64,000 nucleotides of DNA from Octopus bimaculoides (Eukaryota): NCBI RefSeq assembly GCF_001194135.2, contig NC_068983.1, positions 119,939,821-120,003,820 on the forward strand. Reading direction: 5' to 3'. This document shows, in pieces, positions 52,364-64,000 of the stretch. The notes under the pieces are model-generated. The model was not told the origin of the DNA, did not search any database, and saw nothing but the letters and a program-made list of their open reading frames with translations. Made by a program: the position numbers and the translations under genes. The first letter of the stretch is position 1. Every line of letters begins with the position of its first letter.

Positions 52364-54185
52364 TTAATGTGGCCCTTAATTCTAGAAGCTATAAGTATAA
52401 TGCCTCTATGAATAATTACAGATGGGCAGTTGATTCCTGAAAAGTCCCCCAAAACACAGTTGGGGTGAGCCTTCTTTTTCTATCTACAGAAAATATAAAA
52501 AATCTTTAAAGTGTTCAGTGTATTTTCATCACATGTGTAGCTTCAGCTAAAAACTTACATTTACTTTCATCATCATCATCATAATATTCTTTCTAATAGT
52601 GGCACTAGACCTGAAGTTTTGGGGAGTGCGGGTAAGTCAAATATTTCGACTCCAGTACGTAATTGGCACTTTATTTTATTGATCCCCAAAAGGATGAAAG
52701 GCAAAGTTGACCTTGGCAATATTTAAACTCAGAACGTGAAGCCGTTAGGCATTTTGTCCAACATGCTAATGATTCTGCTAGCTTACCATCTTATTAATAA
52801 CACATGCATATACATGAAGTACGGATTTTAGGTAACTCTGATCTATACTATCTCTTAGTTTTCTCAGACATAGTTCAAAATGGAATGTATGAGGAAGACA
52901 TAGTCATCAACCCATCTAGGAGGGCAGTAACTTTGAACAAGAACTGACTTGAACTGTGATGGTTCATCCAATGTATACCAGCATAGAAAAGAAGGCATAA
53001 ATAATATAAATGTTGTTGTTGTTGTTGTTGATGATGATGATGGTGGTGGTGGTGGTGAAGAGGAGGAAAAGTTCTAACTATCTTTCTGTGAAGTAAGACG
53101 AAAACAGAGAATCAATCTCCACTACTCATTTGCTTGTATCCAATTAATATAAAGAGGGTATTGAGGAATTAATCCAACCTGAAGTTGATATAATGTTTTG
53201 ATACCAACCTGCCTGAAAGTACCCCTGGTTCTATGATACATAGCTATGGTTTTAAAGTAATCTAAATTAAACTCTTCCACCCAAATTTCAGGTTAATTTA
53301 TGTTCCAAACACGTTTTTAATAAGATGGTTATCTGAATAAACTTTTCAAAATTTTTAAGGTCAATTGCAACAAAGTTGGAATATTTCTACCAGCAAATTG
53401 ATAGGGAGTTAGTGAAGCTGTTAGCAAATGTTCTTTGCTGTTGTGTAAAAATGTTTATACGATTAACAGAGTTGAGTTGTTGAAGTTTGGATCTTTGAAT
53501 ATGCTTGTTACACAACACAAGCAATAACATCTGTTGATTTCCAAACTGCAATTAAGTTTCATAGAGTTAAAAACATTGATTTTCAAGTGATATTGAGGTC
53601 ATTTCTCCCTTTCATACTTCTGTGAGTTGTTTATATTTCTATAATTCGTCTTTAATCTTTTATCTTTTTTTTTATTGTTTCAGTCATTGGACTACAACCA
53701 TACTAGGGTACTTCCTTGAAAAGTTTTAGTTCAATGAATTAACCCCAGTTTATTTTTTTTAATCCTGGTACTTATTCTATCAGTCTTCTAGGCCAAACGG
53801 CTAACAGGAATGTAAACAAGCATCAGTTGGTAGTAGGAGACAAACACAAAGACACACATAGCTACATACACACACACACACAATGGGCTTCTTTCAGTTT
53901 CCATCTCACTAGGCTTTGGATGGCTTGGGGGCTAAAGTTATGTGGTTGGGAAGTAAACTTCTTACTGCACACCCATACTTGTGAAAGAAATTATCATTGA
54001 CGACTTAGTGATGGTAAGAGAGAAGTATCTGACATCTCAACCAGCCAACATGAATAAATATTTGATTATAATTTGTTTATTTTTAGATGCAAAGAAAGTA
54101 AGAGATGCAATAAGTGCACCTTAATAAGAGATGCAATAAGTGCACCTTAATAAGAGATGCAATAAGTGCACCTTTTGCATCTTAA

Positions 54186-54407
54186 CCCTTTCATTACTGT
54201 ATTTATTTTGAGAAACTCTGTGTTTCTTTCAGTTACTTTAAATATTACAATGAATTTAGTAAAATAACTTTTAGTTATCATTCAGCTAGTGTTAGGAACA
54301 TAAATTGTGACTAAGGTTTGGTGAAAGATTTTAATTCAGAACTTTTGAAAATCAGGCATTTGTACTCAGAGCCAAAGCCGGTTTCAGCCGAGTTGGTAAT
54401 GAAAGGG
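54186..54407. mobile_element. Second TTAA MITE family
   Basis: TTAA|ccctttcattac ... gtaatgaaaggg|TTAA, a perfect 12-bp TIR. Confidence 0.85.
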
Positions 54408-55128
54408 TTAAAATGGTTGACAGCAAGATTTAGCTCAAAGAACTGTATAGAGTTTTCAAATAATGTTTATTTATGACAAGAATAATAAACTTTTCTCACA
54501 TTAAATGTAATTTTTAAATAAATATTTACTTCTTTTGACAGGTGTTAACCATTTTGTTGTTGGTATATGATCTTGATGCAGCAGGCATGGTTATATGATT
54601 TTGTTTTTGCTCCCGCCTCCTGCTAGTGCCAGATGCTTTGCAAAAAGATTTCCAATGCTGTCTTCCTTCTCTGATTAGGTCATAAAATAAATGTATTTAG
54701 TAGTTATTAACCCTTTAGCATTCAGATTACTCTGTCAAATGTGATGCTTATTTAGTCACATTGTTTTGAATTGACCAAAATCTTGTAGCTTCAAGATTTT
54801 GATGATGTAATTGTTAAGTTTTAGAATGACATTTCAGGATAGGTGTAAGAGGTTGGATCTAGGCAGTCTGAATATAAAACAGGTAGAATATTTGGGTCAG
54901 GTATATATATATATATATATATATATTTCAAATTTTGGTTCAAGGCCAGCAATTTCGGGTGAGGGGATAAGTCAATTACTTCAACCCTAGCGCTCAATTA
55001 GTACTTATTTTATTGACCCCGAAAGGGATTTGAACATAGGACATAAAGACAGATGAAATGTCACTAAGTATTTTCCCCAGCTTGCTAATGATTTTGCTTG
55101 TTTACTGCCTATACATGTATGCATGCAC

Positions 55129-55232
<104 letters not shown>

Positions 55233-57782
55233 GTGTGTGTATGTATGTATGTTAACTTGCAATATTGCAAGCTCTGGAAGGACATTGGTTGAGATACTCT
55301 CAATCATAATGAAAGGGACATTGTTAGAGCTGGTTGCATTGTTGATTTGAAGTGATTTAGAGATGTAGCTTCACTTGATGTTTATGTATTCATGGTGTGC
55401 ACCCTGGTGGAGTGGAAAGGGAGATTGTTTGGGAGAGATTTACTTCATGTATTCAGAGTATAGAGGTGTCTGCTGTCCAAATGTATATATAAATGAATGT
55501 TTTATGTCTCTGTCACCCAGGTTTTTATACTGGTTTCAAATTTTGGCACATGGCAAGTAATTTTGGGGTAGGAGTAAGTTGAATTCATCGAACCCAGTGT
55601 TCAACTGGTACTTTTTTTTTTTGAAATTGAAATAATAAGAGGCAAAATTGACCTTGGCAGAATTTGAACTCAGAACATAAATATGGATGAAATGCCACTA
55701 AGCATTTTGCTTGGCATGCTAACAGTTCTGTCAGCTTGCCATCTTTGCAGATGTTTATATTAATGTATGTTAAATGTGTCTGTTTAGCTTCAGGTCAGCT
55801 TTGATTGAGTAAACCTATGTCCAAAAATGCCCCTGTGATGATCAGCCTATCTTTTTAATGTTATTGCGATCTTTATTATACATTTTGTTTATCTTTTTTT
55901 CTTAATATAGTAGGATGTGATTTGAGGGAATCTTCTGTGCAGGTTGAGTGACTGTGCAGAAGATTCTTTGTTCATATGAGTAGTTGAATATCATCATCCT
56001 TTAACATCTGTTTTTCCATGCTGTAATGGGTTGGACGGTTAGACCAGGGCAGGCAAACTGTAGAGCTGCGCCATGTTCCATTCTGGTTTTGCTTGGTTTC
56101 TATGGCTGGATGCCCTTTTTTAACACCAACCACTTTACAGTGTGTGCTAGGTGCTTTTAACGTGGCACAAGCACTTTTAAATGGCACAAGCATGAGTGCT
56201 TTTTATGTGGCGTCAGCACAACTGCTTTCTTTTTTTTATATGGGATTATTTGGATTATGAGATTTTTGATTATTGAGAATTTTCTTATGTTCTGATGGTG
56301 TCAGACAAAAGGAGAAGTCAAGATGGAAGATATATATCTTGTGTTGTGTGTTCCTGTTTTCTTTGTTTGGTATTTGGTAGTTGACTTTTAAACATTTTAC
56401 TTGCTGTTGAAATGTAGGTATGTTACTTGTAGCTGTTAATGTGATATGTGATAGCTATTATTGCAGTCGTTGAAGCTGCAAATCACATTACATTGTGTTT
56501 TACTGTTTGTTTTCATGTTTATGTTGGATACAAATGTTTGTCAAGTTTCTGCTTTTATTTTGTTATTTGTTTAGTTGCTCAAGGTGGGTTTTATTTCTGT
56601 TGAGTGATGTTACTGTATTGTGTTTGAGAGTATTCTTGTTTCTTTTTTTTTTTCTCTCTCATCTGGTTGTCTATTTCAATGGTGTAATTCAGGTTGTACT
56701 TCCTTAATGTTGTCCTGTGGGATCTTTTTTGGAAGCATCTATAATTATCTTTTTGAATGTTCGTCTTGCAGTGCCTATGGTAAAAATAGTTCCATCTTAT
56801 GTTTACAAAGGCATTTTTGTTTTGTTCAATGTTTGTGATGTGTTGTGAAACTGAAGGGTATGTGCTCTAAAGGGTGCTGGGGGGAATTGGTTGTTTGTTA
56901 TTTGTTTGTAGTAGCTATGCATGTGCAGCAGAAAAAAATGTCTAGGAGAGCAGTTATTAGAGTTTGCCTGGTGAGGTATGTGGATATCTTAGTGAAGGTT
57001 GTTTAGAACATAAAGGAAGTTTAGTTGTGATGCTGTTGTGTCACCTCGTATTATTTTGGTACCAGTGAGACAGGTCTTAAGTTTGTAAACTGTTAGTGTG
57101 TGTAATATATTTTATGTTTCACGTTGATTTTATTTTGAGTGTTTACATTTCTATTGTGACACTGTGCTTTACTAGTGTCTACTTGCCATTTATTATCTAT
57201 AATTAAGATTTCAAGGAGTCTTGTTGGGACAGTTTAGCATTCTCTTGTAATATTACCATGTGAATAAGGCAGCAAGCTATCAGAATTGTTAAAGCATTGA
57301 ACAAAATGTGTTGCAGTATTTCTTCTGCTCCATATTTTGTATGTGATTTTGTTTGATTTTATTGCTATCATAATACTTCACAAAGTAAGATTATTGTTGT
57401 TACTAGGAATTTTCTGAAGGTAATAGCAGTACATCTAGTTTTCTGCATTGCAATTTTTTTTCATGATTCAGCCATGCTGTTAGTCTGTTTTAAGTAAGTT
57501 TTGGTGCTTTATATTGGCTGTTCTGTGTGAGTTTTTAATGCTTGGTTACTTCTCTTTTTTTACACTGTTCTTAGTGTTTGGTTTCTGTAGTTTATACCTA
57601 TGAATTTTTTGTATGCCTGGTGTTGATCTGTCTGTTATATGTTCACTTTTCATCATTTAACTAGCATTCTAAGTGTGACTATTTCCCAGCTAGATTTACA
57701 TTATTCAGTGTGTCATTCCTTTTCTTGAGATAGTAGCAACCACATGGAATCTCCATTTGTTGACACATAACTCTTTTGACAG

Positions 57783-57832
57783 ACAGTGCCTTCTTTATTG
57801 GCCTCAATGTCAATGAGTCAGTGATACAGACA
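57783..57832 (+). CDS. Candidate downstream exon of gene 2 ((D)SAFFIGLNVNESVIQT)
   Basis: Acceptor ctcttttgacag and donor ACA|gtaagt. The 50 nt are open in the phase-1 frame required by exon 1 and contain an N-E-S sequon. No homology support. Confidence 0.3.
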
Positions 57833-59904
57833 GTAAGTATCTATACTGATCTTGTACTAATTAATTATAACTTTGTTCTGATTCAGAAATAGTTCCAAAC
57901 ATTATTAATTTTTATATTCTAAGAGATTACTAAAATCAGAGCCAATATTAATTTCATGTTGTGCCATTGAGCAGTAGTGCTTAACAGATTTGGCAAAAAT
58001 TTTTCTTAGTTTCCTGAAACATCTTTCCAATGTTTTCAACCTGGATTTTATTCCAAACCAATTGTTTCATTTGTTCATGTGAAACTGTGATTGTTCTTTC
58101 CTTCTGATTTATCAATTCTTACACTTGATTGTGTATGATTCTTGTCTTTCTGATAATTTATCTTTGATCATATTAGTCTCTGTAAAGAAGTCTTTCCAAA
58201 GAAACAAATATTGGCTGAAGTCACCAAATCATTCTGTATTTGGCATAATTTCAAAAACAAAGGAAACTTACTCTTACAAACTAAAAATGTTACAGCATTT
58301 AGTTTACTTCTCCTCCACTCCTACCACAACCATAATTTCTTTAGTCATGCTTTCAAATCTTTTTGAATCATAATTAATCCACGTCCTTGAAATGTAAATA
58401 AACACTACTAAGTCAAAACATTTTCTTGGCTTTAAGATTTAATAATGTCTTGGAACATTTTCTTTTTATGTTGTCAATTTAAAGAGCTAGAGGAAGCAGA
58501 ATATCTAGTACTTTTGGTTTTTTATTAAAGTGCTTTATCATAATTATTTCAAATTCTATGCAAAAGACATACATCTTTCTCCCAGTTTGATATATTCTAT
58601 TGACAGACATCTCTCCCTCCATTTTGAATCAGTAAGATTTATTTCATTATGTGACCTCCACCTTCTAATTTCATGCTCTGCTTTCCATAAGTCTCTTTTT
58701 TTTCACATTTTCATTACTTAAAACCAATTATTTTTATATTTAAAGAAATATTCACAAAATGCCCTTTTTGTTTTTTTACATTAGATTAATAATTAGCTTA
58801 GTTTAGTTACATCAGATGTCACATTGATAGATTTTTTTCAGTCACACTAATGTAGAATTAACTTAGATCCCCTATACTGTTTGTACTCTCAGAAATACTA
58901 TTGTATTGTTTCTCCAGACATACCATTGTATCAATGACCCAGCCACACCATTGTGCCTTTGCTCCATACACACCAGTACACTACTATTCCAAACACGCAA
59001 ATGTATCACCATCCCATATCCACTTATGTAACATTATCCCATCAAAACAGTCTTTCATTACAAGTTCACTATGCAGTGTGCAAGAAGTCATTTGCTTTTT
59101 ATAAACCTTTGGCTGTTATAATGTTTTCACTTAACAATCACATGTAAACATGTATCAGCTGTTATATTTCATAATTGTTCTACTATTGTTCAAAAATTTG
59201 AATACTCTTTTTTGGTTTCAGCACTAGTCCAAACTCTAAGTCATGTGGTCAATGCTGTATAACTCTCATCTTATGTTTTTATCTTTTGTTTGTTTCACGC
59301 ATTGGATTGTGGCCTTGCTAGGGCATCATCTTGAAGGGTTTAGTCAAGCAAATCAACCCCAGAACTTACTTAGTTTTAAAGCCTAATACTTATTCTATTA
59401 GTTTCCATTGCTGAACTGCTAAGTTATAGAGATGCAAACAAGCACTGGTTGTCAAGTGGTGTGGAGGGACAAACATAAAGACCCCCACCTCACAACACAC
59501 ACACGCACATGCATATATATATATGATGAGTTTCTTTCAGTTTCCATTTACGAAATCCATTTGTGAGACTTTGATTGGGCAGGGGCTACAGTAGAAGACA
59601 CTTGCCCAAGATTCCGTGTCATAGGATTGAATCCAGAACCATGTGTTGGGAAGCAAACTTCTTACCACATGGCCATACCTGCCCTTATTATGGAGAAATA
59701 TTTGATTTTCCTGAACTTATCTATTATCAAATTATTGATAATTTATTATTTACCTGCCTAAAATATTTCCTGCTATCTTACTGAGGTAACAAGGTTGAGC
59801 TCATATTTTCTTTTTTTTATGTGTAGTCAGTGAGGGAAGATCACCACCCACAATTCTTTTTTTTTTGTTGTTTAGAGCCTTTTGGATTGTAGGAAGCCTC
59901 TGGG

Positions 59905-59970
59905 ACTCAGTTGCAAGCATTCAGACTTGGTCTCAGTTTTGAAACCGGGTCTGAATGCTTGCAACTGAGT
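59905..59970. repeat. 66-nt fold-back with a perfect 22-bp inverted repeat
   Basis: actcagttgcaagcattcagac (59905-59926) is the exact reverse complement of 59949-59970. Confidence 0.95.
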
Positions 59971-60275
59971 AAACCTTACTAAAGGCACTCAAGGACCAGG
60001 TAGTGGCTTTAAATTGGGCAACAAATTAAGGTAACCACCCAAGAACTCAGAACACAAGTTACTGGAACAAATACCTCGTAGTATCTTGTATGGTACTCTA
60101 ACAATTTTACCAATTCATTGTCTTAGACTGGTACCTCATTTTATTGATCCTGAAAGGATGACGCATTAAGCTGGCCTGAGAAGGATTTGAACTTACAGCA
60201 CAGGGTTGGAAAATATATTGCAAGGAATTTTAGTCTGCATGTTAACAGTTATATCTGTTCGCCATTTTTGATTAA

Positions 60276-60494
60276 CCCTTTAGCATTTAAACTAGCCATA
60301 TCTGGTCAAAATATTCTGCCTGTTTTATGTTCAAACTGGCCATATCCAACCACTCACACCTACCCTACAATATCATTCTAAAAATTAAGTTACCTTATCA
60401 AAATCTCACAGCTACAAGGTAATTCATGATTAATTCAAAATGATGTGAATAAAAAAATCATTTCTTTTGATAGAATAATGTGAATGCTAAAGGG
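60276..60494. mobile_element. TTAA MITE of the 7498 family
   Basis: TTAA|ccctttagca...tgctaaaggg|TTAA. Another copy lies at 62133-62342. Confidence 0.85.
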
Positions 60495-60679
60495 TTAAAG
60501 GCATTCTAGCCATGACTTTCCTGTCTTTTAGTCAGTCATAGTCCAAGACTACAGTATCCAATGTCTTTACTTTTATCTTGGTGGCAGTAGTGTGTCATCT
60601 TGAAGTTAGAGTATTGAGTTTGAATGAAATGCTATTGTCTTTCGTGGTTTGTAGTGGTTTAGAGCTGCTGCTGATAACA

Positions 60680-61400
60680 ATAATCCTTTCTACTGTAGGC
60701 AGAAGGCCTGAAATATTGTGGGAGAGGGTTTGTCAGTACTTATTTTATTGACCCCAAAATGATGAAAGGCAAAGTTGACTGTGGCAGAATTTGAACTCAG
60801 AATGTAAAGACAGAAGAAATGCAGCTAAGCATTTTGTCTAGCATGCTAACAACTGTGCCAGCTGGCAGAATTGTTAGCATACTGGACGAAATACCATTTG
60901 AACACTGGGGTTGATGTAATCGACTCATCTCCTCCCCAAAATTTGCTGCCCTTGTGGCAAAACTTGAAATCAAAGGCGGTGAGCTGGCAGAATCGTTAGC
61001 ACACTGGATGAAATGCAGAGCGATATTTCGCCTGTCACTCCATTCTGAGTTCAAATTCTGCCGAGATCGACTTTGCCTTTCATCCTTTCAAGTGAAATAC
61101 TGGGGTCGATGTAATCAACTAGTCTCCTCCCCCAAAATTTCAGGCCTTGTGCTTATAGTAGAAAGGATTATCATTATTAAGGTGTCAAGCTGGCAGAATT
61201 GTTAGCATACCAGGAATAAATGCTTAGTTTCATTTTTTCCAGCTCTTTACATTCAGAAATCAAATCCCACTGAGGTCAATTTTACTTTTCAGCTTTTCAG
61301 GGTGAATAAAATAAAAGTTCCCCTCAAGTACTGGAGCTGATATAATAGATTTACTCTTTCTGTTCAAAATTACAGCCTCTTACCAAAATTGAGACCATTA
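60680..61400. mobile_element. Cluster of type B SINEs: one minus copy head-to-head with three tandem plus copies
   Basis: Palindromic junction gccag|ctggc at 60861/60862. Plus copies start at about 60862, 60976 and 61181. Confidence 0.8.
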
Positions 61401-63680
61401 TTACCGATGTGACCACATTGTCAGTGTTCCCTTACTGCTAGATACTTCGTGTTTTCAAAATTGTGATAAAATGGTTTTCTGAGTAATCTGAAAGAGTAAG
61501 CATTATATATAAATAAAATGAAATAAACTTAAATTTTCATATTTCTCTATAGTGTTCTTCAAGGAGAGAGAGACAACATTATAAGATGATGTCTGGAATA
61601 CCAATACATATGCTCACATCTACACATATACATACATTTATCTACACACATATGCATATATACATGCAGTGTACCTAGTCATTTACATTTTACTTGCAGT
61701 CTAGCCCTTAACCCTAAATTTTCCCTAGCCCCTAACCTTAACCCTAAACCTGACTTAGATCAGGTCATTTTATTGTGTAGACCACAGATACTGTGGTAGA
61801 TCACACACTGAAGTAGCACCCATTCACATGTATGCAGCTCTAACCTCTGCAAAAGCTTGTCTTTCAAAATGGTGGATGATGGTCAATTCATAAAATTTCT
61901 CTCTGTCTGCTGGATCCATTGGTTTATCATTTGACTGAAACTGCTCCCACCCAACCCATCTTCCAGTAAATCACTATTACTGACTGGTCTTTCATTAGGA
62001 TCATGTCATCTACTGACTTGACTAGTACCATGCAGCAATTTCCATAGAGGGTCTTTTAATGCTCCATAAATATTATGTTTGAACTGAATTTACTTAGCTT
62101 TTCTGATCCATTATTCATCTTGTGTGGTTGAACCCTATAGCATTTAAACTGGTCATATCGAGCCCAAATATTCTGCTTGTTTTATGTTCAAACTAGCTAG
62201 ATCTGATCTCTCACACCTACCCTACTGTGTAATTCTAAAAATAAACAATCAAATCATTAAATTCTTAAAGCTTTGAAATAATGTATGATTAATTCAAAAC
62301 AATGTGAATGAATAATCATTACATTTGACAGATGCTAAAGGGTTAAAAACTGAATTGAGCCTCATTCTGAAGATCTTACTCTTGACTTTTTTTAGTGTGT
62401 GATGAGTTCCTTTGAAGTTTACAGTATGTAGACATTTGTCCTGGATTGTTGAGACCGCATGAAGCAGAGAAACAGTATATGAATACACATACGCGCTTAC
62501 ATGTAAACATACATTGACCTTTTGGAATGGTTACTGGGATGATGACCAACCAATAGGACTTGGAAAGTATGAGTTACAGGAGCACAATCAACAGCAAACT
62601 GTAGCTCAGTGCTCTGATCAGATCTGATCTTGGTGGGGGCCTGTAACCTTCTAATGTTGAAAGGTTCCTGATCAGTTGAAAGTTAACAGTAACACACACA
62701 CGCACATCTACACTACAGACCAACAATCACATACCTACACACTCACATACATGCTCATATACACTCATGTAGATACACATGTACACACTTACATACACAT
62801 ACATACTCTCACACATCTATACTCATATGCTCACACTCACACATCTGGTCTTACACATCTGCACTCATATACACACACTCGCATACTCTGATATACATGC
62901 ACTCACATACATACCCTCCCTGGCTACATATTCTCACATACATGCATATACATACTTACCTACAGAATCATACACACATACATTCGCATACGTACATCTG
63001 GATGTTGAAAATTTATATTGATTTCATTGATTACAGTTGATTCAAAAATATATATTTTCATTTCAGCTGTATGATGTGTATCCTAAGAGGGTGGTTGACT
63101 CATCTTTGTTGAATGAAGATAAGATTTGTTGAGTCAACTGATTTGGAATCGGATGCAGCAGATGTTTATAGATTGTTTGCCGGATTTAGAGGAATTGTTG
63201 GCATGTGACAAAGGAAATGTCTGGCAACAGAGCTGCCTTTTGACTGGAAATATTAAACCACTGTTCAAAAATGGAAACTAGATATATCTATCTGTATACT
63301 AATTATTGTGGCTTCAGTTTGGATGGTGTGTGTATAGATGTGTGTGTATAGATGATTTACTTCAAAAACATGGTGTACTCTCTGTGTGTATGTCAGTACA
63401 ATTGCTTGGTACATGCATACATATATGTGTGTATGTATATATATTTTTTATAAGCTAACAAGGTAAGCTGAGTTTAACCCTAGGAGCAGTGAGAGCCATC
63501 GATGAGCATTAAGATGCATGAGCATCAAAATGCGAAAGCATTGATGATCTGTTGCTGTAGGGAGCTTGCCTCCCTTGTCAGTCATTAAGATAGTGCTTCT
63601 GTGGCTATTGAGTAGTTTTGACTATTATTTCACTTTAGTGACAATTATATTTCTACCGTTAGGTTGTAAAATTGCAAATT

Positions 63681-64000
63681 AAAGCCACCGACCAGATTTG
63701 TGGGTGGTGTAAGGTCCCCTCCCAACCCAGAGTAACGTGGTGGTGGAACAAGGAGGTAGACAGGGCTATTAGACAAAAGAAACAAGCTTGGAAGGACTGG
63801 AAGAACGGTGGTAGCAGGGAATTGTACCAATGTGCCAGAAGGGAGGCTAGGCGACAGGTTTATTTAGCCAGAGGGGAAGCAGATAAGGAAAGATTTGCCA
63901 ATGTTCTGCGCCGTGAGGACCAAAGACTCGAGGTATTTCGGGTTGCAAGACAGTGTAGGAGAGAGAATAGTGATGTTGTAGGAGAGAAATGTGTTCGCAT
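63681..64000 (+). mobile_element. Young 5'-truncated RTE LINE with ORF2 open to the window edge
   Basis: Stop-free KATDQICGWCK...RVTWWWNKEVDRAIRQKKQAWKDWK...EKCVR (106 codons) with CpGs intact. Confidence 0.8.

Noticed and set aside
54087-54097. 11-nt micro-exon, and other acceptor-like sites at about 46737, 48277, 51987, 58918 and 63069 as gene 2 exons
   Set aside because: In-frame stops, weak donors or phase conflicts; indistinguishable from chance in AT-rich DNA.
56340-57200. Fourth Penelope remnant on the minus strand
   Set aside because: Only a faint TIGTARRTFKK / NYTIE resemblance in GT-rich low-complexity DNA; too decayed to support. The similar tract at 22400-22800 was also left uncalled.
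57850-58500. Decayed coding-like minus-strand stretch
   Set aside because: No recognisable motif and frequent stops in all frames.
61705-61750. Interstitial telomere
   Set aside because: Only scattered, imperfect CCCTAA units inside a dispersed element.

Overview
AT-rich, repeat-dense animal DNA with seven N-gaps. It is very probably Octopus; this is inferred from the recognisable octopus SINE and RTE families, not from a database search. Two intron-rich host genes face away from each other. Gene 1 (minus strand) encodes a type II membrane protein resembling DUF1647 (PF07801). Its coding exons are 6528-6998 and 3296-3412, a likely 5' exon and promoter sit near 29.4-29.6 kb, and the 3' end lies left of the window. 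Gene 2 (plus strand) has an ETS-CRE promoter at about 42.8 kb and a signal-peptide first exon (43152-43212); its identity could not be determined. Most other recognisable sequence is transposon debris: RTE LINEs, three Penelope remnants, Gypsy gag-protease, Tc1/mariner, Tigger, Helitron, TTAA and TA MITEs, and several tRNA-derived SINE families. The best leads are an ORF1-only zinc-knuckle retroelement sharing its 3' tail with a young SINE, a pre-miRNA-sized near-perfect hairpin at 59905-59970, a 40-bp stem pairing a candidate exon with its downstream intron at 10771-10955, and a CRISPR-looking (but not CRISPR) 66-bp hairpin array in RTE 3' UTRs. I found no well-supported, wholly new biological system; these leads are hypotheses.
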